Shown: positions 57,601-64,000 of the stretch, one piece after another
Layout: each line of letters opens with the position of its first letter
Numbering within the stretch: the stretch's first letter is position 1
Source of the DNA: Isurus oxyrinchus
Taxonomy: Eukaryota
DNA length: 64,000 bases
Assembly (NCBI GenBank): GCA_026770705.1
Contig: JANJGN010000150.1
Location: forward strand, 124,001 to 188,000
Direction: 5' to 3'
Notes under the pieces: generated by a model
What the model saw: only the letters and a program-made list of their open reading frames with translations
The model's database searches: none
Told to the model about the DNA's origin: nothing
Position numbers and translations under genes: made by a program

Positions 57601-60600
57601 AACTGGGAGTCAGGTTAATTTGGAATTTTAAGAATTATTATAGTGGTAATTGTAGAGTTATGTATGTGCTTGAAATCTTTTATTTTGAGAGCAAGTATTT
57701 TAATTTAATTTTCAAATCTCTAAAGGTCTTGGTGTAATTATTGCTTCTGAATTCAGTGCACATATCTCATAATAAATACAAATTGCAAAATCATTATGAT
57801 CGTGTGACCACCTTTCTCTCATGGACTTGGTCTGCCTGGCACACATCACCTGCCAAGTGATAACACTGTTGTAATATGCCTTTCAGGGACAGCAGCATGA
57901 CATCACTGTGATTTTTAGGAACAGGGGATAGCTTACGTAAGTTAGGTGTGTTTTTGTGTGCGTTAGGCATAAGGTATATCTTTAAGTTCAAGTTTAGTTT
58001 GATTACTGTATTTGTGTGTTAAGAAAGGGGGAAACTTGAGTTTTGGCTTCATTTTTATAGAAGCCAGCAATCTAATGGGGTTGGGTGACTCTTGAAGGAA
58101 AGTCAAAAGAAACGCAAGATAGAAGCTATTGTAACTTGTGTTATCCTTATGAATCTGTATATATCTGTAAAGGTATAGGTCTGGGTGAAGCAGTATTGTC
58201 CTATAGATCATCCTTTCTTGTTTAATAAATATTTTATTCTTTTGTTAGAAGTTCATCAGATGACTCCTGTGACTCTGTTCAGTAGCCGCACTCCACATTC
58301 CTAAATAAACAATAAAAGTTAGGACCTATCAAGCTGAGTTCCGCCCTAGGATCTGACTTGCCCAGTAGTAACATCAGCTGGGATGATAACACCATCCAGT
58401 CCAAGTTTCACTTTGGCCTGTGAGCAGAACACAGCTCACACAGTTTGGCTGCAGGTGTCTCCCAGCTTTCTATCCTTGTATATCTGTTCTCATGTCAAGG
58501 AAGGTCAAAGGAATATTGTCAGAATGTCAACGAAATTCCCCAGTTTTAACTGGGATGTCGCTGACCGACTATCTGAATTCAGAATTTTTAAACAGCGTAC
58601 AGAGCTCTGGTTTCCTGATTCAGGTGTGACTGAACCAGACGAACAAGCCATAAAAATTCACCTCGCGGTTGGGAATGAAGGTCTACACAGGCTGCACACG
58701 TCAGGATTAACAGCAGAAGAGTGAAAGGATCCCCAATAGATATGGACGACATTGGAAGACAGGTTCAGAATCAGGTGAAACTCCATATTCATCAACTAGA
58801 GTTTATGTCATTTCATCAGCCTACACAATCCATAGACCACTTCATCAGCCGATGTAGAGAAAAGGGTACGCACTGTGATTTCAGACATAGAGCCTGCAGA
58901 CACAGTTGTTGAGTTGGTGATCACATCCACTCCCATGGAAGTCTTCCAGAAAGATCTGCTAGATAAGACCAAAACCTATAGCATTGAAGAGCTACTCAAG
59001 GATGGACATAAATACGAAGTGATCCTCGCAGGTCAACGAAGCTTACAGGTCCTCAGTACAACATCAATTGTTGGCACACTCACTAGAACATCCAAACCTA
59101 GTGAGATGTGTGGAAGGTGTGGCCTTCTGCAGGCACCAAGGAAATGCCCAGCTTTCCACCAATCCTGCAAGGCTTGTGGCAGAAAGGGCCATTGACAGCG
59201 GCAGGGCACTAGAGCAAAGGCTGATGCAGCTACAGAGAGCCGTGCGCTGATCCAAACAGACCCTGCACAACGGGGAACCTTCAAGCAATAAGAATGACCA
59301 TCCGCTATCCCATCAGGAACATAGACATGTGGTGACTGACAAACCAGGAAATGGCGATGATGTGCACGATGAGACGAGGAGCGGTGATTGATATTCCACC
59401 TCTCACACATATCCTGACGTGGCTTGCCAATAAATTGTGGATTGTTGTCCTTAATGATCTCTCTGGCATCATCAAATAAACTGAAAATGTCCCATAGGGG
59501 TGGGATGTTCTGGCCCCACCCACTGCTAGGATTGTCCGGTCCGGCCGAAAGCCAATGGATTTATGTCTCAGAAACTACCCCATTACCTCAGCTCATGACA
59601 TAACATTAAAATATGCAGAAAGTTTCAACAATATTGGCAGTTTCAAGGGAGCTGCAACATTACACCTGCAGGAGAATGCATTTCTGTCAGACTCCTTGCA
59701 TTAAAATAAATACAATCCAACTTTGCCACGCTATATTGTGCCTTAACTGGCCAATAATTTCTCTGCCTGCTAAGGTTCACTTGCTCTCTCTTCTAATTTT
59801 GGCTGTGCATCTCCCTCTGCTGAACCTACTCTCAGGATCCCATCCCCTGGCATGTTAGTTTAAAGCCTCCCCAATTGCATCAAGGGCAAAATGCCAATTG
59901 AAATCAGGGACAACATCAAAGAATGACAATCCCACAGATCACTGTGAGCATTTAAAGACACCTCCAGACAAGGTTACCACCACAAGATCTGGGCCTATCA
60001 GCAGATTACTTCTACACTTTAGAGACTCAAATATTCAACAGATCTATACACTTATGTAATTGTCAAGAAATATGAATATGATACCAGAAACCTTTGTTCC
60101 CTGCCTTCTCAAAGATCCATCCCTGCAGCAGGAGCCTGAAGAGTTACTGATGTGGGGCTCAATTTATCAGATTGTAGAATGATCCGGAACAGAAGGAAGA
60201 CATTTGGCCCATCGAGCCTGTGCTGGGCCTTTGAAAGATCTGTCCAATTATTCCCACTCTCACCTCTGCTCTCTCCCCCACAGCCCTGCAAAATGTCCCC
60301 TTCAAGTATTTATCCAGTTCCCCTTCTGAAAGTTCCTGTTGAATCTGCTTCCACCGCCCTTTCAGGCAGTGAGTCAATGGTCTCTCTCTGAGCTGCAAAG
60401 TGCTAATGTTCTGAGAACTTTAAACTCTGCAGCAGATCAGAGACAATCATGATAACTCAGAATATTTGACAGTTTTACACACAGACAGCTTTACCTTCCT
60501 TCTCTCTTTCAGTTATCTTGCTCCCTTATTGAAGTATCTAGCAAGGTGAGAATGGACAGGAAGTGTGACACTGAACAGCCTGTCTATTCTAGGAGCTGCT

Positions 60601-61119
60601 GTGTTGTCTTCATGGGAAATTCTGACTAAAATCAGCAAAAGACACAAAATTTCAGGGCATTTTTATCCGAGTCCTAACATCAGGATAGACTTCATCCCCC
60701 AGTTGTATTCCTGATTCTCTATTCAGCCGATCGCTCCCCTGTCAATGGCTGACCTACACTGACTCTCAGTCCAGTAATGACTCAAATTTCAAATTCTCAT
60801 CATTGATTTATTACCCCAACATCCACCCCACTCTATAATCTGAATCTCTGTAACCTCCTCCAACCCTAAAACCCTCTGAGATCTCTGCACTCCTCAAATT
60901 CTGCTGTCAGACAGGGAGTCAGTGTATATCAGTGAGCACAGGGGTGATGGGTGAATGGGACTTGGTGTGAGTTTGTACACTGCCTCACTGCTGAATCAGT
61001 TCCCAATCACAGCTCAATAAGAATGATCTTTTACAAAGACTATTCACCATAAATCTGTCCAAGCTGACAATGATATTACCTTGGAGAAGTGACAGGAGGA
61101 AGTAAGATTTCCCGATCAT
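45380..61119 (-). CDS. Siglec-like gene C, CD33-like inhibitory receptor: complement join(61119-61080,[56533-56159],52179-51811,51082-50786,48030-47934,47056-46975,45628-45380); 377 aa with V2 only, 502 aa with both V exons
   Basis: All exons open, AG/GT bounded and phase-compatible; ITIM LLYANI and ITSM TEYAQI. Confidence 0.9.
46080..46760 (+). repeat. 33-bp tandem array in the last intron of gene C
   Basis: Same unit. Confidence 0.95.
46975..47056 (-). CDS. Gene C cytoplasmic exon 1 ([28 protein letters not shown])
   Basis: 82 nt, phase 2 to 0, ttattgcAG|...CAG|GTACAG. Confidence 0.8.
47934..48030 (-). CDS. Gene C TM exon ([33 protein letters not shown])
   Basis: 97 nt, tttttacAG|...AA|GTAAGT; uncharged hydrophobic helix. 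Confidence 0.9.
49087..50632. repeat. (TG)n-rich microsatellite region with N-masked blocks
   Basis: Degenerate TG repeats flank every N run. Confidence 0.85.
50786..51082 (-). CDS. Gene C C2-set exon
   Basis: 297 nt, near-identical to genes A and B C2-1. Confidence 0.95.
51811..52179 (-). CDS. Gene C V-set exon 2, Arg-containing (YFFRIE)
   Basis: 369 nt open exon; closest to the gene A V exon. Confidence 0.95.
52232..53065 (+). mobile_element. CR1 LINE 3' fragment between the two V exons of gene C
   Basis: [12 protein letters not shown]...GDLIETY...[26 protein letters not shown]. Confidence 0.88.
53130..53530 (+). mobile_element. Non-LTR retrotransposon 3' end (RTE-X-like), decayed
   Basis: [12 protein letters not shown] / LRTGQ.PC...[10 protein letters not shown] (frameshifted Cys motif) followed by AATAAA. 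Confidence 0.5.
53920..54920 (+). repeat. Degenerate ~37-bp G-rich tandem repeat (GTTACAGAGATAGGGAGGGTTGTAGGGGCTGGAGGAG)
   Basis: Repeated units. Confidence 0.85.
54950..55900 (-). mobile_element. L2 LINE RT fragment
   Basis: [19 protein letters not shown]...QLYL...[21 protein letters not shown]. Confidence 0.88.
56159..56533 (-). CDS. Gene C V-set exon 1, Arg-less (YFFGIE)
   Basis: 375 nt open exon with intact splice sites; GGA at 56222-56220 where V2 has AGA. Confidence 0.85.
56938..58390 (+). mobile_element. Two adjacent LTR-like elements (~56938-57865 and ~57870-58390)
   Basis: TGT...ACA termini, internal AATAAA; the first matches 44194-45089. Confidence 0.65.
58520..59210 (+). mobile_element. 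Ty3/Gypsy gag remnant
   Basis: FPSFNW...[13 protein letters not shown]...AVGNEGL; zinc-knuckle CGRCG...KCPA...CKACGRKGH; stops and frameshifts. Confidence 0.75.
61080..61119 (-). CDS. Gene C leader exon ([13 protein letters not shown])
   Basis: Homolog of 8425-8464, intact phase-1 donor. Confidence 0.85.
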
Positions 61120-61569
61120 TGTCCACTCCCAGTTTTTCCATCCACTTCTCACTATCAAGCTGTGAAAGAGAAAGGAGATAATGAGACCTCACCTCTTGTC
61201 CGACAGCTCTCGAGAGATCAGAACTGCATTTAGACACTGTCTTCACAGACTAATTTGATTCTCTGTGGGATGATAGGTGCTCTGCAGAGAACTACTAGGC
61301 TTTAAGAAAGTAAAACAATGAAGGATTTGCATTTCTATAGCACCTTTCAGCACCTCAGGGCATCCCAAAACTCATGTTTCTGCACTTACCTCATCCCTTG
61401 AGCTAGAAAGATGTTCTGTACAACAGACTTGAGTCTCACACCCAGATCTCAATAATCAGTAGAAATCTTTCAAAGGCATCAATCATTGGAATCTGTCTTT
61501 ATAAAGTCACAACATCAACAAAGGACGGTGTTGGTGGTGGAAGTGAATTCCAATCGTTCCGTTACTTAC

Positions 61570-61653
61570 CCAGGACCTGTCCGACTGCTCGCCTGGGGAG
61601 GAACTGCCCACACGCTCTGCTTGGGCTGAATGACCTCTTCCTTGCTGCTCGCT
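61570..61653 (-). other. Gene C 5'UTR exon module
   Basis: 84-nt copy of 7907-7991 with GTAAGT donor. Confidence 0.6.
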
Positions 61654-61696
61654 CTGTGTATTTAATTAGAAAGGGTTGATGTGTCACTGTGAGACA

Positions 61697-61709
61697 AAAT
61701 GAGGAAGTG
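61697..61709 (+). promoter_or_regulatory. PU.1/Ets-like box AAAATGAGGAAGT upstream of gene C exon 1 (paralog ACTTCCTCATTTT at 23941-23953 in gene B)
   Basis: GAGGAAGT with A-rich 5' flank ~45 nt upstream of the UTR exon in two paralogs. Confidence 0.4.
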
Positions 61710-61944
61710 GGTAATCAGTGAGAAGATTGAGGATGTTTTGTGCTCTCAGCAAAACGTTTACCATGTGATGATCTGTCAACTCATATTTGGGCATCTGTAG
61801 TCATCAAGCTTCTCCATTGGCTCTGTGGGATTAGACTCCTCCTCCTCACCTCAGAGGCTTAAACTCAGGCGACAGAGTTCCCAATACATGGCGCTGGCCA
61901 AATGATCCAGGTTGACAATCCCTGGTAGCATTACTGAAGGAATA

Positions 61945-64000
61945 TTGCACTGTCAGAGGGTCAGTACCAAGGGAGAGCTGCACTGTCAGAGGGTCAGTAC
62001 TGAGGGAATGCTGCACTGTCAGGGCGTCAGTAATAAGGGAGTGCTGCACTGTCAGAGTGTCAGTACTGAGGCATTGCTGCATTGTTAAAGAGTCAGTACT
62101 GAGGGAGCGCTGTACTGTCTGTGGTCAGTATTGAGAAAGTGCTGAATTGTCGGAGAGTCAGTACTGAGGGAGTGCCGCACTGTCGGAGCGTATGAATTGT
62201 GGGAGTGCTGCACTGTCTTAATGTCAGTAATGAGGGAGTGCCGCACTGTCAGAAGGTAAGTAATGTGGGAGTGCTGCACTGTCAGAGGGTCATTAATGAG
62301 GGAGTGCTTAACTGTCAGAGTGTCAGTACTGAGGGACTGCTGCACTGTCAGAGGGTCTGTACTGAGGGAGTGTTGCACTGTCAGAGGGTCAGTACTGAGG
62401 GAGTACTTCACTGTCGGCGGGTCTGTACTGAGTGAGTTCCGCACAGTCGGAGGGTCAGTATTGAGGGGGTGCCGGACTGTGGGAGTGTTAGTACTGAGGT
62501 AGTGCACAGTGTGAGGAGATATCCTTTCATGGCAAAGTTTAACTGGAATTTATTAAAACAGAATTCTTGTACTGTGTGTTATTGCAAAAGAAAGGATTTG
62601 AGGAACTAAGTCTTGCTTCCATCAGCCTAAAAATAATTTTCATCGATTTCAATGATTTAGCATTGAAACCTCCCTCTTTGGGCACCAGTCTTGATTGAAA
62701 CAACTCACACAGCACTGTGGGAGGGTGAGTACTGAGGGAGTGCTGCGCTGTGGGAGGGTGAGTACTGAGGGATTGCTACACTGTGGGAGGGTGAGTACTG
62801 AGGGAGTACTGCACTGTGGGAGGGTGTGTACTGAGGGAGTGCTGCGCTGTGGGAGGGTGAGTACTGAGGGATTGCTACACTGTGGGAGGGTGAGTACTGA
62901 GGGAGTACTGCACTGTGGGAGGGTGAGCACTGAGGGAGTGCTGCACTGTAGGAGTGTCAGTACTGTGGGAGTGCTGCACTGTAGGAGTGTGAGTACTGAG
63001 GGAGTGCTGCACTGTGGGAGGGTGAGCACTGAGGGTGTGCTGCAATGTGGGAGGGTGAGTACTGTGGGAGTGCTGAACTGTCATAGGATCATTACTGAGG
63101 GAGTGCTGCACTGTCAGAGGGTCATTACTGAGGGAGTGCTGCACTGTCAGAGGGTCAGTACTGAGGGAGTGCTGCACTGTGGGAGGGCCAGTACTGTGGG
63201 AGTGCTGCACTGTTGGAAGGTCAGTAATGAGGGAGTGCTGCACTGTTGGAAGGTCAGTACTGAGGGAGTGCTGCACTGTGGTAGGGTGAGTGCTGAGGCA
63301 CTGCTGCACTGCCAGAGGGTCAGTACTGAGGGAGTGCTGCACTGTGGGAGGGTGAGTACTGAGGGAGTGCTGCACTGTGGGCAGGTGAGTGATGAGGGAG
63401 CGCTGCACTTTGGGAGGGTGAGTCCTGATGGAGTGTTGCACTATGGGAGGGTGAGTACTGAGGGAGTGCTGCACTGTCTAAATGTCAGTACTGAGGGAGT
63501 GCTGCACTGTCTAAATGTCAGTACTGAGGGAGTGCTGCACTGTGGGAGGGTGAGTACTGAGGGAGTGCTGCACTGTTGGAGGGTCAGAACTGAGGTAGTG
63601 CTGCACTGTGGGAGGGAGAGTACTGAGGGAGTGCTGCACTATGGGAGGGTGAGTACTGAGGGAGTGCTGCACAGTGGGAGGGTCAGTGCTGAGGTAGTGC
63701 TGCACTGTGGGAGGGAGAGTACTGAGGGAGTGCTGCACTGTGGGAGGGTCAGTGCTGAGGTAGTGTTGCACTGTCAGAGGGTCAGTACTGAGGGAGTGCT
63801 GCACTGTGGGAGGGTCAGTACTGAGGGAATGCTGCACTGTGGGAGGGTCAGTAATGAGGGAGTGCTGCACTGTCAGAGGGTCAGTAATGTGGGAGGGCTG
63901 CACTGTCAGAGGGTCAGTAATGAGGGAGTGCTGCACTGTCGGAGGGTCTGTACTGAGTGAGTTCCGCACAGTTGGAGGGACAGTATTGAGGGGGTGCCGG
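61945..64000 (-). repeat. 33-bp tandem arrays (61945-62505, 62710-64000)
   Basis: Same unit, reverse orientation. Confidence 0.95.

Noticed and set aside
8425-61119. Assigning specific symbols (MAG, CD22, SIGLEC1, CD33, SIGLEC15)
   Set aside because: Domain counts and tails do not establish orthology; phylogeny and synteny are required
62695-63960. 421-aa Cys/His-periodic ORF (and similar ORFs at 11765-15174, 29763-30794, 46033-46839)
   Set aside because: Translation artefacts of a 33-bp (3n) repeat that is open in several frames

Overview
Vertebrate genomic DNA. The repeat content (CR1/L2 LINEs, tRNA-derived and Deu-like SINEs, Penelope fragments, 33-bp SINE-derived arrays) points to a shark or other cartilaginous fish. 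The window holds a cluster of three spliced Siglec (sialic-acid-binding Ig-like lectin) loci, assembled by hand from splice sites and codon phases. Gene A (+, CDS 8425-20544) is leader-V-C2-C2-TM plus a three-exon tail with three YxN tyrosines, the last an ITIM. It also has an extra duplicated C2 exon whose donor site has become a stop, predicting a secreted isoform. Gene B (+, ~24000-30140) is a pseudogene whose TM exon carries a mid-membrane Arg and a short Tyr-free tail, i.e. activating-type. Gene C (-, CDS 61119-45380) is a CD33-like inhibitory receptor with ITIM LLYANI and ITSM TEYAQI. It has two tandem V exons, one with and one without the essential Arg. Together these look like a paired inhibitory/activating/secreted Siglec system with a hypervariable V domain. 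Other highlights: a 5'UTR exon apparently reused as a coding cytoplasmic exon, a ~3.6-kb inverted duplication carrying an ETS:RUNX composite site, and Penelope-derived hammerhead motifs. No expression data or database searches were available, so all gene models are predictions.
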